NCBI GenBank assembly: GCA_012295275.1
Contig: CM022669.1
Span: 9,114,001 to 9,178,000 of the forward strand
Length of the DNA: 64,000 nucleotides
Reading direction: 5' to 3'
Origin: Chrysomallon squamiferum
Taxonomy: Eukaryota; Animalia; Mollusca
Part shown: positions 31,189-47,223 of the stretch, piece after piece
Position numbering within the stretch: the stretch's first letter is position 1
How the letters are laid out: each line of letters opens with the position of its first letter
Translations under genes and position numbers: made by a program
The notes under the pieces: model-generated
The model's input: only the letters and a program-made list of their open reading frames with translations
Database searches by the model: none
What the model was told of the DNA's origin: nothing

Positions 31189-32077
31189 AAAAATATAAAA
31201 ATAGAATTAAAAAAAAAAAGAAAAAAAATTGTGTTACAAAATGAATAAAAGGAAAATAATTAGGGTTAGAACGGAGAGATCTGCTCTAAATGTGTCTTAA
31301 AAACGTCTCAGTGAGAGTAATGAGATGTCAGTGTACAAACAATGCAACTCATCAATGAACGTCACCGGCTGAATAGCCACCAGCCACGCCCCTCTCCTCT
31401 CAGCGTCCGGTCTCACAGCTGGTCACCGCGCATGTCGCAGCACGTTACTCAATACTTTTTAATTTCCACTGCCACGCCGTCGTCGACGACAATCAAGATG
31501 GAAAACTTTTGTAACGAAAGGGCCGTCACTTCATTTAGCTGTTTATATCGTGTAATTGCGCATGCTGTTTTTCTTGCGCGCGATGTTTCCCCGGCAATTT
31601 TCACAGTCCAGTTGACTCATCTCGTTCGGAAATTGGCCTGCACGCGGCAAGCGGAAACATCCGAATATTAATGAATGCGGCCCATCGACAAAATGCAGGC
31701 TTAAATTTTGATCCAATTCACGGCTAATGATCTGCCCGTGTTTACACGATTATCACGATGGCCATGTTTTACCGAGGTTGCACAATTCCGCGGAAATAAA
31801 TTAGACTTTCCCCCGAAAAAAAAAAAAAAAAAAAAACGAATTTCAATCATTATCCCCCAAAAATATCTTTCGGAGATGAGTCTTCAAGTGGAAACATTTT
31901 TGAATAAATACATTTTTCTTCCCGAGATCAACAGTTTTGACAAAAATAGTAAATCGGATTAAACTCAGTTTATAATCAATTCCAGATAATTATGTTTCCA
32001 TGTTTCCATTATAAAAAATGCACGGGCTTATCCTCGCCACACAACAAACACACGCACGTGCACACACTTACACACTG

Positions 32078-32126
<49 letters not shown>

Positions 32127-32535
32127 TACGCTTATGTACATAGATATTAACTAAGAGGCAGCAGCTGTTTATAATTTTTTTTGAAAGAAACTGTAACAGT
32201 TAACTAACTACCTTCAATAACACGTGAAAGCAGTCTGGTATTTTAATGTACTCCTATCATCTCTGTAATGTTATCTGTTCTCCTACAACGCTGATGCTGC
32301 TGCTGCTGCTGATGATGATGATAACATACAATTACAATTACGCCAACAGCAGCAATAACCGTGACAACATTAATAATTAGGAATAACTCTTAACATGACA
32401 CACTGAACATAGTTATATTCTCACGAATTATAAAACTGGAATAAAAATGAAAATACTGTATATCATGATTTCATCCAACCGTGGATCCATATATCCATCG
32501 TTCCATCCATCCATCGAACCGTCCATCTGATCTGG

Positions 32536-32708
<173 letters not shown>

Positions 32709-33445
32709 CCGTCCGTCTGTGCCGTTTTTCAATTTTCTTTTTCTTCTTTTTTATTTCTCATATTTTCATATTTCATATATATTTTTTTCGTCTTCTTTTT
32801 TTTTTTTTTTTTTTTTTTGTTGTTGTTAAGAAGAGAGCTAGCTTCACTGATGGCATAAAAAGATTGGAATATGTTCAAGCGATGTTTTTATTGCCAGTGC
32901 TCAATTTCACGCGGAAAATTACAGTCATCGATTCCGTTACGTTTGTTGTTAGTAGATTGCGAATTGATAAGTGCAACGTGCACGAAAATCTCCCAATCTT
33001 TTTCATATTTGAAAGATTTATAAAAATGACTTTCATAATAAACAACTTAGAACATTTTCCTCTTCTTTATTTTTTTCGCTCCATTTTTCTTTTGCCTTTT
33101 TCTTTGCGTTTTATTCTCTTACGTTTATTTTTCTTAAATGTTTTATACATTTATTCATTTTTGTTCCTGTGATAATCAAACAGAAAAATAAAAATAAATA
33201 AATAAATGAAAGGCTGCAAAATAAAAATAGTAATAATGATAATGATAATATAATGATAATAATAATAATTATGATGACGATAATAATAATAAAAGACAAT
33301 AAGAAAAGACAAGTATATAATAAATAACTAAATCTACCAAGAAATAAATAAAGAAAGTTAGAAAAAAAAGAGTTAATAAATAAATACGTAAATAAATAAG
33401 TAAATAATTAATTAATAAGTAAGTAAATAAAAATATATATATATA

Positions 33446-33480
<35 letters not shown>

Positions 33481-34399
33481 ATCTAAATTGTTCAGGACTT
33501 TATCACCTCTCCTACTTTCACTATATAAATAATCATAATGGTTCTCACTCTAATCTTTTCTATTCTCTTTGACTTCTTGTGCTCTCAGCTCTCGGAGCAA
33601 TTTAGATAAAATTAGATATGAAAGAAATAAATAAAAACGCTTTATACATTTATTACACCTTGAACAATTTCTTTATCTCTTCACAATATTTTCCGTTTTC
33701 AAGTTGAGCTGATAGGGGAATCACACACACTACTACAGTTTTTCACGGGCATACCTCAGTCATTATAAAACGAGTTTAATCACAAACACACACACACATA
33801 CATATATAGACACATACACGTGCATGCACGTTAATACAAGCAAACGTACACCACATATTGATACTGAACCACATGCACAAAACATTCACGTACAAATATA
33901 TATACACATTGTACATGCACGCAAACAAGTGTTGTGAATGCCGACTGTGCAAGTGATATCGTGCGCAGACTGCTGCTGTATCTAATGATAGATGATGGAA
34001 ATGTCACGCGGAGATATAACGGGATTGACAAAGTGTTGTATTTACTGTTCCACACACACGAGTTTGCTGCACAAGTTTGACGTTAATGGCACTTACACGA
34101 GAGCCTGCAGATTCGAACGCACGCGCAGGAACGCACACGTCCCCCGCTACTGACAAGCTCTGTCTACGTTTAATCTACATTTGTCTCGTAATTACCTCGG
34201 TGTGGGTGGTAATCATCAACATTTCTGAATTTATGTTTCCGTGCGTCTGTGTGTCTGTGTATGTTGTATTGAAGAAATTAAAAAGAATTCGTTTTCTGTT
34301 GTTGCATAACAAGTAAACAAACAAAGAGAAATAATAAAAATGTGTCCGTCCCTCTCAAGCATGGATAGAAATACACCAAACATATACATATATCACTAC

Positions 34400-34681
34400 T
34401 GCATGCATATATGTATGTATGTATGCGTGTATTTTAGGATTTGAATATTCTCTGTCTTTCGTACGGCGTATGATTAGTCTCACTGGAGCAGAAGGACAAA
34501 GTCCAATCACGACGTCACAAATCCCGTCAGATGCCGCTGACGAGACTCGAACGTATGGCACCCATTCGCCCGCTCTCCGAAGGCGGACGACGTTACCGTT
34601 CGGCCATAAAGACAAGCTCAGAAAAGTTGCTCAGTAACCGAGGGTAATCATCGCTTCCCACGAAACACGCCATTCTTTGTC
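34400..34681 (-). mobile_element. SINE-like family A copy
   Basis: Reverse complement matches 51996-52275 (gacaaagaatggcgtg...tggccgaacggtaac...gttcgagtctcgtcagcggcatctgacggg...aatcctaaaa). Confidence 0.8.
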
Positions 34682-34888
34682 TTTCGACATTTTTGCGTGC
34701 ATTTATTTATTTATTTTTTTGCGGGGTTGGAAAGCTGGCACTGGCAAGTATGTAGTTTAGATTTTTGAATAATCTGTCTTATGTACGTCTTCAGATTAGA
34801 CTCAGCACATAGACAATATTCGGGAACGCACTGGCGCACAAGGAAAGACATGTATATCAATACCTTATGCATATATGTATGTATATAC

Positions 34889-34922
<34 letters not shown>

Positions 34923-37419
34923 AAACCTTAAAAGTGGAAATTAGTTCTGTGACGGACAACAATAATAAGAAAAAAAGAATGATCAACATTTAGCGATAAT
35001 ATTAAACAGACTGTGTTTTGGATGTAGTCATATACTGATTTTGAAAATCCAAAGCACGCCTCTCTGATATCAACAAATTACTTCTTAAACCCAAGAGTTT
35101 TCATTAAAATAACATTCTCGGAGTTTATGTCAAAGACACCTCATTATCACGTCATCAGTCAAATAAACATGCATTACGTCGTCAGTCATGTGCACGTACA
35201 TTACGTCATAAGTTACATATTACGTAACAAACTCTATCTGCTACAAACACTGTATTACATACCTATTAATACTCATAGCTGGAGTTAACTGAATAATAAT
35301 TAACTATTAATTAAGTCAAGAAAAAAAATGAAGGAAAAAACCAAGCTAAACTCGGCAATCTCCGTTTACTGACGTAAATTCCGTGAACGTTACGACACCT
35401 GTGTTTCACACCACTTAACCGCGGAGATATGTCAATACACTGAACGTACGTATGGAATGCGTACTTGAAACGAAGGTCACTGCCAAATATATATATATAT
35501 ATATTTTTTTTTTCATGAGTCTTGAGTTACTCACGTTAATGAATAAGTATGTATGTATGTATGTATATATACGTATGTATTTCAGCGTGGATGCATATAT
35601 TTAAGGAAGGTCAAAATTTCAATAACGTCTTAATCTCTGAAAAATGAGATGTTAAATTAAACGAATAATAAATAAATAAGATAAAAATAAATACTTTCAA
35701 ACAATTTCATTGTCAAGAATCTTTGTTTATTTGTTTCTTCTACTTCTACCACTACTACTACTGCTGCAACTACTACTACTATTACTACTACTGCTTCTAC
35801 TACTACAACTATGACTACTACTTCTACTACTATTACTACTACTACTACATCTGCAACTGCTATTTTAGTCTGTTTTTGTAGTTTCTAGTGGTATCATCGT
35901 ATTTATAATTTATTACTTATGTGACCTGCGTTTGTTTTCTTACGAGTTCACATTATCGCCACTTAAAATCATTTTATTTAAATTGAACGAGGGCGGGGCA
36001 GGGGGAACTGGGACTTTTCAAAGACATACATTACTGTAAGTAGAATCAGTGTTTTTTTCGTATTTGTTTAACTGCACTGTATTGTAATTCGATCCTGTGG
36101 ACGCCGGCTCAGACTTTGCACTGTAGAAAGAGCAACAAGTCTGCTAATACAGCTGTATAATAAATTAATATTTATTTTTGATGCGTATTTAATAACTTTT
36201 CACTTTTATCACAGCTGCTACGTGATAACTGTGAGAACATTTGGATAAACAAATTCTTAACATTTCTTTTAGAAATTTTACTTTTCACTCTGATAGAAAT
36301 AATACATAATGCATAACGACAATAAATGGGTCAGCATTGGGAAAAACAAACAAACAAACAAAAAACCATAAAACCGCCGATAGTATTGAAATAATAATAA
36401 TAATAATGATAACGGAATGGCACCACGTACATATTTTTTTCAACGATTTTCTTTGAAGCTTTCTCTTTGTTCTTCCGAAACACATAATTTTAATCCATTT
36501 ACACTCTGAAAATTTCCATGTTTTTTTTCGTTTTTTTCATGACCCGTGTGTGCATTTCTCTGTCACGTGATACGACTGATGAGGTGAAATTAATGGGTGT
36601 AAGTTTCGCTAGAACCTGATCACCTAGGTCTTCCCCCCTCCCCCGGGGGTTAATCAGTTTCACTGTACTTTGCAATAGACACCTCTATCAGCCATAAGTT
36701 TGATTGGTCAGTTAATGACCCGGCATTAAGCAGCAGATAATCAATGAGAACTATACTGTGCAGCAGCAAGTTAGCAAACTCGCCATGGTGTACTCACAAT
36801 CTCGCGTGTTTGGTTTGCTAATGGCTGTGTGGAATGCAGTGGTACATGGCTATTTTCCCTCTTCTCATACAGACACTGTATCGTGCTGTCATTCGATCGT
36901 CCATTAGATAATGCGAAACGAATCCGCGCTGTGTGGAAATGTTTGACGTTGCTGAGTATATTTCCTTTGAACCCGAAGACTGCGCGTTTGCGCTATGAAG
37001 ATTAATGACGTCTGAAGTACCGTCATTTTTATTACGTCAGACAAGTTATGTTTAAATTCGTAACACATTTTGTTGTTTTCATATCTCTTTTTTTCTCTCT
37101 CTTGAGTTTTTGAATCAAGTTAAACCTGGTTCGACGTGGACTGTAACAAACTTGTATTTATTTATTTATTCGTCGTTCAGTGTGTTTATAGTGTTTTCAT
37201 TGATATATTTATTTTACCGTTATTGAGATCCTTTCTTCTTTGTCACCAGTGTTTATTCCTGTATTTGAATTTATTTTTAATTTTAATTTTTTTTTAATTT
37301 TTTATTATTTATTTTTTAAGTTTTATTTTCCATAACTTCTGTCTAGCCAACTTTTTTTTCAAATTGTTTAAGATCTCACGTTCAAATTTTCGCCATTTAG
37401 AATTATCTCAGCTGGACGG

Positions 37420-37466
<47 letters not shown>

Positions 37467-37729
37467 TCTGTATATATGAGTAATATTTAATCTCATATTT
37501 AACGCCAGTTTGGTCTGTGTTTCTAATATTCCCGTTGTCTCGCTTCATCTAACGTTTCTGATTATTTAACAAATGCCAATAAAACAATGCGCTGGGTAAT
37601 TTCAAATACTTACTTTCAAAACTGACGCAGAACGGAATTTATCTAAGACATCATCAGCCAGCAGAAATGATATTTTAATTTACATATATTAGAATAGTAT
37701 TACACACATACACAGACACAAACACACAC

Positions 37730-37812
<83 letters not shown>

Positions 37813-37864
37813 TCTATTCATATCTTAAGGTCGAAGAAACATTTTATATAAATCCCTCAGACAT

Positions 37865-37901
37865 CGTGGTATGTGCTATACCGCGTATGGAAAAGTGCAT
37901 A
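37865..37901 (+). mobile_element. Nin-domain SINE core remnant
   Basis: cgtggtatgtgctataccgcgtatggaaaagtgcata resembles the Nin core CGTGGTATGTGCTATCCTGTCTGTGGGA..GTGCATA; a second remnant at 25931-25963 (minus) reads ctgtttgtgggatagtatatataaaagagc. Confidence 0.45.
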
Positions 37902-39171
37902 AACAACAACAATAATTATGCCACAAATCTAATCATAAACAATAATTACATCAAATCTATTTCATTAAATAATAAAATAAAAATAAACAGTGAAATGCAG
38001 ATTATAACGTTGTACTAAAACTAAATGAAACTGCAGTACGAAAGTCACAAGCAATCTAACACAGACTCTTTCAGCTGTGAAGGTGAGAGATCAACAATAG
38101 CTGTTATACTAAAACTACACTTATCTTTCTCCAGTGAAATCTACACCAGTGAGAAATGAACATCTTTTTCTTTTCACTGGCGGACCGGAGAAAAATTAAT
38201 TATTATTATTATTTCTTGTCGTTTGGCTCGAGCTTCGTCGTTATCAAATAATGAAGCAATTTGCCACACAAACTGACTCCGAAATAGAGTTTATATCACA
38301 ATAACAAACATAGACTGTCTCTAGGCAACAGCGAAATAAATATTACTTGTGATTCACTTTCTCATATTCTACTGCTGTTCCTAATCATAGGACAAACACA
38401 GCAACAGCAACAACAACAACAAGTACATCTACTGCAACTTCTACTATAAATGCTACTACTATTAGTATTACTATTATTACTGTGAGTAATGTGGTTCTAT
38501 TACTATTACTACAATTACTGTTCGTTTACCTTCAGTAGAAAGTAAATTATAAGAAAGTAACCAAGGTAATACAAAAAAACAAAACAAAACTAAATACAAA
38601 ACAAAAAAAAGATACAAAAAAAAAAAAAAAAAAGACTGAAAAATTATACAAAAAAATAAAAAAAATAAAAAATTAAAATATAAAGGAAGATAAAAAAAGA
38701 AAAGAAGAAAAAAAAAGTAAATTAATAATAATAATGATAATAAAAAGGAACAAAAAACGCACAAAGTCTCATTATGTAGAAATTAATTAAATTTAATCAA
38801 GCCGTAGTAATCTCCGTTATTTCCTGATGTCTAATATTTTGTTACCGCAGTAAATGCAGCGTGAACGTAACGGGCAACACATCGCCGCACTGCGCACGCG
38901 CCAGATCTTCAGGCAAAGGAGGCGAGAAAATAATCTCCATGATTGAATGTTTTGATTATTTTTCAAATCAGAATTCATCGCAGTTTTACTGTGTCCTTTA
39001 ATAATATTATTTATAAAAATAAAATAAAATAAAATAAATAAATAATAAAAACAATGAAAAATAATTAAAAAAAATAAAGAAGATGAAAATGTTAAAGAAT
39101 GCCTATTTTATAATGCTGTGTCCATCGGCATTCTTCTTCTTATTATTATTTGGTCATAACAGTAACACAAA

Positions 39172-39220
<49 letters not shown>

Positions 39221-39731
39221 GTTACTACTACTACTACTACTGCTAGTGCCACTAGTGCTACTACCACCACTTCTACAACAACAACAACTAATACTGCTAG
39301 TCTTACAGTTATTATTTTCGTCATTTTGGTCATATCGCAAAACTCTTCCACATTCGTATTATATATATATATAAAAAAAAATAATAATAATAAAAAAAAA
39401 AAAAAAAAAATCTAATTTAAAAAAAATATATAAAATTTAATAAATTAAACTATCAACCGTTCTTTCAAAGAAATCAGATCTGTTGGTGTGTTTCTGTGAG
39501 TCGTGTCATATCAGAAGGTTAAACATATCAAGTTGAAATCACATTTTTAAACGCAGCTAACATAATAAGCTGTTTGTGAAGTTAGAAACACACATCTCTC
39601 TCGGGGACATTGATCCGAGTAAAAACCGGAATCTCCATCAGATTTCAAACACGATGTGAGGCGCATCGAAGCTTAACATTAGCTTTTGATGCAGTCAGTA
39701 ACACAACGGTTATATGTGTTGTTAAAACAGT

Positions 39732-39811
<80 letters not shown>

Positions 39812-39928
39812 ATATAACGTGACCTTTTCTATGTTTTCAATAATAAAAAAAGTTAAAAAAAATATTACCCACAAACAACCAGTATGTGTAACTTTTGAAT
39901 TAATTTTCTATCAGACTTCATCTTCGCA

Positions 39929-40005
<77 letters not shown>

Positions 40006-40201
40006 TGATGATGATGATGATGATCATAACAACGACGACGACGACGACGATTCTGAAACGTAGATATTGACAACTAATAATATTCAGTATCAAAATATCA
40101 CGGTCTGTGTTGTTCTTTTTTAAATTATTTACTCTCACTCATCCTTTCATTGACTGAATCACTCTTTCGGTCCAGGAATAATCTAAATTGTGTCACACAT
40201 A

Positions 40202-40245
<44 letters not shown>

Positions 40246-41024
40246 AGCAGAAATCACAAAACGACCCCACCCCAAAACCAAACAAAAACAAACAAACAAT
40301 CAAACAACAAACAACATAACATTGTGGGAACACGAGTGAAAGACGGGACATAACGTGACGCTGTCACACGTACAGAACTGTGTGTTGTCTGGGATACCCG
40401 TTGTGTCCGTCACACTAAGCAGCCTAAAATTAAAATAACACAATATTCTTTCTTTGATCACCAGAAACGAGGCATCGGATCAGCAAAACATGCGAGCGTG
40501 GTTAACGCGCGAATTTCCGGTGCGCGCTCTGCGGTTCCCGGCTGTGCCGCGCATGCGCCCGTGTGGGTTTTCTGCGGCACGATTCACTTCATTAAAAGGT
40601 GAAGCGGTTTGCAGTGGTTACTCGTTCAAACAGCGTCTGCACTTGCCAACTGTATTTTAGCGTTTGACAGTTTGAAAGTTTAACGAATCCATAGGGAATG
40701 AAGAAATTTTTCAAAATTCTTTATGTTTATTTTATTTTCTGTTTTTTTTTTTGTTTGTTTGTTTTTTCTTCATTATTATTGTTATTTTTTTTTTCTTTCT
40801 GCCATTTAATTATAATGATATTTCCTTCCTTGACTTTTCAGTAACACTTATGATTTGAGAATTTTAATTTGGTAATGTATTTAACACCTTGTCTGTTAAC
40901 TAACTTGACATTTTATGTCGCGTTATATTATCAACAATTATATTTTACTTTCAAATTTAGTACTCCAGGTGCATTTTCTGAAAAAAAATGTAATTAATTA
41001 GTTTTATTTTTTGAGTTATTTCTT

Positions 41025-41078
<54 letters not shown>

Positions 41079-41106
41079 TTTTTCTTGTATATTATTGTTT
41101 CATTTC

Positions 41107-41160
<54 letters not shown>

Positions 41161-41306
41161 CTTATATGTATGTATGTATCTGTATGTAAGAATGTGTATA
41201 TGATCATACAAACATACAGACATGCCTATATACATACAAACATTCACACATACACACCTACACACCAAAACGCACATACATATATAGATACATACATACA
41301 TACAAA

Positions 41307-41490
41307 GGTTCTGTTGATGACCTCAACGGTAACGTCGTCCGCCTTCGGAGTGCGGGCGAGTGGGTGTCATACGTTCGAGTCTCGTCAGCGGCATCTGACG
41401 GGTTTTTGGGATACTCGTTTACCATTTCGTTTCCGAAAATTGTCTAAGTGCAGAGTCTGATAAATATTGAAATCCTAAAATATATACGTA
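41307..41490 (+). mobile_element. SINE-like family A copy without the 5' extension
   Basis: aacggtaacgtcgtccgccttcggagtgcgggcg...gttcgagtctcgtcagcggcatctgacggg...aatcctaaaa, embedded in TACA repeats. Confidence 0.75.
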
Positions 41491-41876
41491 CAAACATGCC
41501 TGTGTATGTATACAACAATTCAGGCATACAAACCAAAATACATATAAATACATACATGCCTACATGCATACAAACATTGACATATGCACACCAACATCCA
41601 CACACACACACAGACACACACACACACACACAAATATACACACACATACATAAATACATAGAGAGCGTTAAACGTTCTGTTTAAGTGGTAAACAAAGTTA
41701 AATCAAAGACTAGATGCAGAAATTTGTTACTTTCATCTTTGTATGTAAATATTTTAACTTGCTTGGAAACATACTAAATTACCTCAATTTCCCCTCTTTT
41801 TTGCGTCTGCATGTGACGTAACTTAGTTTCTTCTTAGAAAAATATCACCTGTCATGATGGTGAGAAAATAAGCATA

Positions 41877-41917
<41 letters not shown>

Positions 41918-42900
41918 GTATGTTTAAATGTGTGTTTGTAGATAAATAAATATATATATATAGATGCAGGTCACAGTCAAACCTCGCAAAATCATTTTTG
42001 TTTACATCAATTCTATTACAAAAGCTATGACCAGATTGTACAAATCCATGACAACGTGATTATCAGTGTGGCTTAAAATGCTTTTATTTACAACACATTA
42101 GATTTATGAGTGCAGAAGTCTGAACAAAGTGTGAAAAGTTCACGACCGGACCAATATGAAATATCAAAGACCGGACACTAACCACTAATTAAAACATTAA
42201 TACAGTGATAATTGTTTTTATTGTTTTTCTGTGGGCGAGTCGTACAATGGTTTTCTCTGAAGGCAGAAGTCTTGAGAGGTGAACGAGTCTGAACCACTAG
42301 CAGCACTTAGTTAAACAAAAGTCGGATAAGTCGGTGAGAGCTGTACTGGGTACGCACGTTAATCTGCGTATTAACAGCTTACAGCAAAACTCATTAAACG
42401 TAAGTTATTAATAACTTCTCTGGTTTTTTTTTTTCTCTCTCTCTCTCTCTCTCTCTCTGCATATCTTTCTTCTCTTTTCTTTCTCTCCTTCCTTCCTTTT
42501 CGCTCTCTGTGTCTCTTTGTCTCTGTCTGTCCCTCGAGCAGTGGTAGTATTCTCAAATACTCATCCACTCATGATTTTTTCGACCGATCGAGGTACGTTT
42601 ATACTAAGGGGAATAACCGCTGTACAAAAACGGTTTCGATAAAATAATAATTATTGTTGTTTTTGTTCTGTTATTATTACTTACTGAACTTGCATAAGAT
42701 ACGTTTAGATATACATGCACATTGGATTCTCTGGTAAATATTTGTAAAATAAATGTTGTTGAATTAATAATACTTTCCAACGTGTACAAAAACAGATAAC
42801 CTAATACTCAGTGTTAAAGGGGAATAACTGTTTGTTGTTGTTCTTTTCTTTGTCTTTTCCTTGTTCTTATTAATTATTGTTATTATTTTTATTATTGTGA

Positions 42901-42947
<47 letters not shown>

Positions 42948-43143
42948 TGTATTATTATTGTTGTTGTTGTTGTTGTTATTTCCTTACTCTGCTTTTCTCT
43001 TCTTCTTTTCTTTTATTGTTTCATCTGTTGTTTATAATTAATAAAATATATATATAAATTTTCATGATACATATTATTCATTCATGTAATAATCAGTAAA
43101 TCACGGAATCGAACGAAGCTATTTTATATTTTTCATCTTATTA

Positions 43144-43856
43144 TCAAGACACAGATAAAACAGTCTTACAGTGCAGTTTTTCAATATTTCTAGAAATCAC
43201 CAATCCACCTAAATATCTTATTCCTTCTATTATTGGACTAGATCCGTCTTCTTGCCAAGGTTTCAGTAGCCACGGAAACCAGCGGAATGGAGTGAGGATG
43301 AAGTGTTCAAAGTCGTGATCGACAAAGCCATAACTTGAAGCTAAAATTCCATCGACAACAAGAGTTCCTGTATCTGTGACTGGTACGTACAAACCTGTAA
43401 AATGTTTAACTCTGACAAAGCGTTCAAACAGTATTAACGTTAAAAACACGCATATCATGGAGAACGGGAAAAAAATCGTGAAACAGAAAATGAATGTGTT
43501 AAAAATGTGCTCACGTAAGGAAAGGTAAATAAGTGAATTATTGATTTTCCTAAAAAAAAACAAAAAAAAAAAAACATTTCAGCTGATGGATTCAAATTTT
43601 GATTATCATTGTTTTTGTGTTTTTGTTATTCTACTTGTTGTTGTTTCTGTTGTTGTTGTTGTTGTTGTTACCTTATTTCGACAACTGTCTCTGGATAAAA
43701 ACCAGCTGAAGACCTCTCTGTAGAGAAGATAAAATCATCTTTTTCTTCCATCACCACAAATCTGTTTAGACAACAACAACAACATGAACAGCAGTCAAAA
43801 CAACAACAACAACAACAACAAAAATAATAATAACGATAACAATAATAATAATAATG

Positions 43857-43888
<32 letters not shown>

Positions 43889-44037
43889 CATTATTATTAT
43901 TATTATTGTTATTACCTTTATCATTTTTATCATCTTCATCATCATTATTATTACTATTATTATTATCATTATTTTCATTACTATTATTATTATTGATATT
44001 ATACATATGTACAAGATAGACCTATACACATGCGTGG

Positions 44038-44086
<49 letters not shown>

Positions 44087-44287
44087 AAAGAAACAAAAAA
44101 CAAAAAAATAAAAAAAATAAAATAAAACAAAATAAAATAAAATAAATAAAAAAAGAAAAGACAATGAGAAAGATGGTAAATGTCCACCCCATCACATTAA
44201 CGTTCTACCTTGACAAAGTCGGGGTGATTGTCTCTTACTGTTTTAAATTACTTATACATACACGTCTCATTTGCCTCAAACGTCTAA
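43144..44287 (-). pseudogene. Inverted, degenerate Hint/Hog paralog
   Basis: Last exon 43394-43144 (GLYVPVTDTGTLVVDGILASSYGFVDHDFEHFILTPFRWFPWLL...). Penultimate exon 43761-43672 is 90 nt instead of 107 (17-nt loss, phase broken). A probable 26-nt propeptide exon lies at 44287-44262 (xRRLRQMRR). No Cys-peptide/N-Hint or mid-Hint exon is visible in between. Confidence 0.75.
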
Positions 44288-44307
44288 CTGAATTAATAAT
44301 AATAAAA

Positions 44308-44354
<47 letters not shown>

Positions 44355-44421
44355 ATAATAATATAAAAATACTGATATATAGATGGATAGATACACGTAC
44401 CGGCAGATAGTTAGATAGGCA

Positions 44422-44485
<64 letters not shown>

Positions 44486-45325
44486 CACATACATACATAC
44501 GTAGATAGATGTAGAAAGATAAATAGATAGACAGACAGACGGACATACAGACAAATAGATATTTATGTATATGGGCAAAGAGGTATCTCTCTATAGAGAT
44601 AGATAGAAAAGAAGAAAGAAAGACAAATGGATGGACATATACAAAAAAATGAAAGCCAGAAGACTGGCGAATGATCGGATAAACAGATAAATGAAATGAG
44701 ATGAATTAATAAAATAAAAGCATCTGTATAGCTTTTACATTGACATTTTGTATCGTTTTACTGTCAGCTTAGCTCTAAAACAATATTCAGTTAACAGCAA
44801 AACATAAAAACAGTAAACATCGATGAGAATTGCATTTTGAATATTTTTAACATTTTCATTTCATGACATTTAGAACAGCAGTAGATATATGAAAAAAAAA
44901 AAAAAAAAAAAAAAAAAATAAATCGATCATAAATTTAAATACAAAATATACATACAATATAGACTGCTTTTCACGTGTGCTTTCTCATTTGCATATGTGT
45001 TTTACCTTTTTAAAATATTTTTTTACAGAACAAGAGCATCAAATGTTTTTTTTGTTTTTATTTTACAATTTTTATTAAATATTTTTCATTATTACTGTTG
45101 CATTATTATTGGTAGAAAGATTTTTAAACATGACTATGGAAAGAAAATATATTCCCGTATCTATCTTTCTGTCTCTCTGTCTGTCTGTCTCTCTGGCTGT
45201 CTGTCTATCTGGCTGTCTGAACATCTATATAATCTATGTATCTATGTGTGTCTGTATGCGTGTATGTCTGTGTGTGTGTGTCTGTGTATGTGAGTGTGTG
45301 TCCGTGAGGTTTTATGTGTGTGCGT

Positions 45326-45367
<42 letters not shown>

Positions 45368-45550
45368 AAACTCAGATGTTTAACTCACAAATTAATTTAC
45401 AACTAACAAACATACATACATACATACATATATGTGTATATACAAACATATATAGAGATAAAACGGCATATGTCGTTGGTCCCAAAGTGAATTCAACTTT
45501 GACAGAATCCATTGTATATATCTATATCTATATCTATATATCTATATCTA

Positions 45551-45632
<82 letters not shown>

Positions 45633-46261
45633 TTTATATGTATATGTATATTTGTATGTTTATAGATATAGATATAGATATATACAATGGATCCTGTCAA
45701 CGCGATATGCCGTCTTAGACCGTGCAGGTTTATGAAGATTAAACATTAAACTGAAATATGTTTTATTTCAGTTAAACGTCTATCAGTTGGTCAGTTTTCG
45801 GACTATTAATTCCATGAACAGCTGCAAGAACTGGATTGTTTTACTTCGTGGTTAGAGGCTGAAAATAAGCACAGTTCTTTTAAACTTGTAGACAAACTAA
45901 ATTAACATGGACATGATAACTGACTTTACAGAATTACATCTACAGTGAAAATTACAATTAATAAACCAACACAAACTAGAGGTCCGAAACTCAGGAGAGC
46001 CGACTGCAAGTAATCGTAAACAAACATAAGAATAAAACATTTGTTAAATTATTTTGACACTTTGGGCATTATGATTTTCTAAATATAATGTTTTCATCTC
46101 AGTCCTCTTTTCAATCTTTTTTTTTCTCTCCCTTTTGTAGTTTGCCTCCTGTTTAAATGAAATAAAATAATAAAAAATACATAAAAATAAAAATAATAAT
46201 AATAAATAAATAAAATAAACAACAACAATGACAATAATAATAATACTAATAATAATAACAA

Positions 46262-46299
<38 letters not shown>

Positions 46300-46314
46300 G
46301 AATAATAATAAGAA

Positions 46315-46345
<31 letters not shown>

Positions 46346-46568
46346 AAGAAAAAGAAAACGAATGTATTTTTATGCCTGTATTTATACGCAAGAAAACACA
46401 AAAATGTAATTTTCACATCAGTGTGATTTGCATATATATATATCTATATATTCAATTCACAAAACTTAAAATAATTTGTATATTAATACATGTAATAAAA
46501 CATTTTCCTATATTTTGTGTTGTCATGTAATTGAAAGGTGTCAAAGAAAATGAATAAATTCGTGTATT

Positions 46569-46575
46569 TATATAA
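46569..46575 (+). promoter_or_regulatory. Putative TATA box, gene 1
   Basis: TATATAA 54 nt upstream of ATG 46623, which opens a hydrophobic signal-like stretch. Confidence 0.35.
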
Positions 46576-46622
46576 GAGTGCTTCCAGTTCTGAAACTTTA
46601 CAGCAGAATTTCGTGGTCGAAA

Positions 46623-47134
46623 ATGACATTCTCTTTTCTCTACTTGGCTGTTTTTTACTTCCAGGTAATACTGACAGTTTTGAGCAGGTAGATTATATTT
46701 ACGCAGTTACAAGGTAAAACATTCGTCAAATGTATCTTAATACCGTTATGAGGTAAACATCAGGTGTTCTTATCTTTATGCAGTTATCTAGTAAACATTT
46801 GTTATACTTTTCTCTTTACGTTGTAACCTGGTAAACATTAGTTAACTTTATTTTCATCTTATTATCGGGTAAACATTTGTGTGTGTCGTAATTAGGTAAA
46901 CTTTTGTTAGACTTTTTTATGTCTTCATTGTGCTAACATTTGTTATATGTATTGAACCTATAGGGTAAAACGGATTGAAATATGTTTATGTATTATGATC
47001 TAGTGGTTAACTGTTTATCTTAAGTTAAAATATTTTATAGCTCTTTACAACTGGGCGCTGAGCGTCAAATCTGGAAAAATGAGAATAAAAAGTAAGTTCC
47101 TTAATTTTTAATTCTTCTACTATCTGTCTGTCTC

Positions 47135-47223
<89 letters not shown>

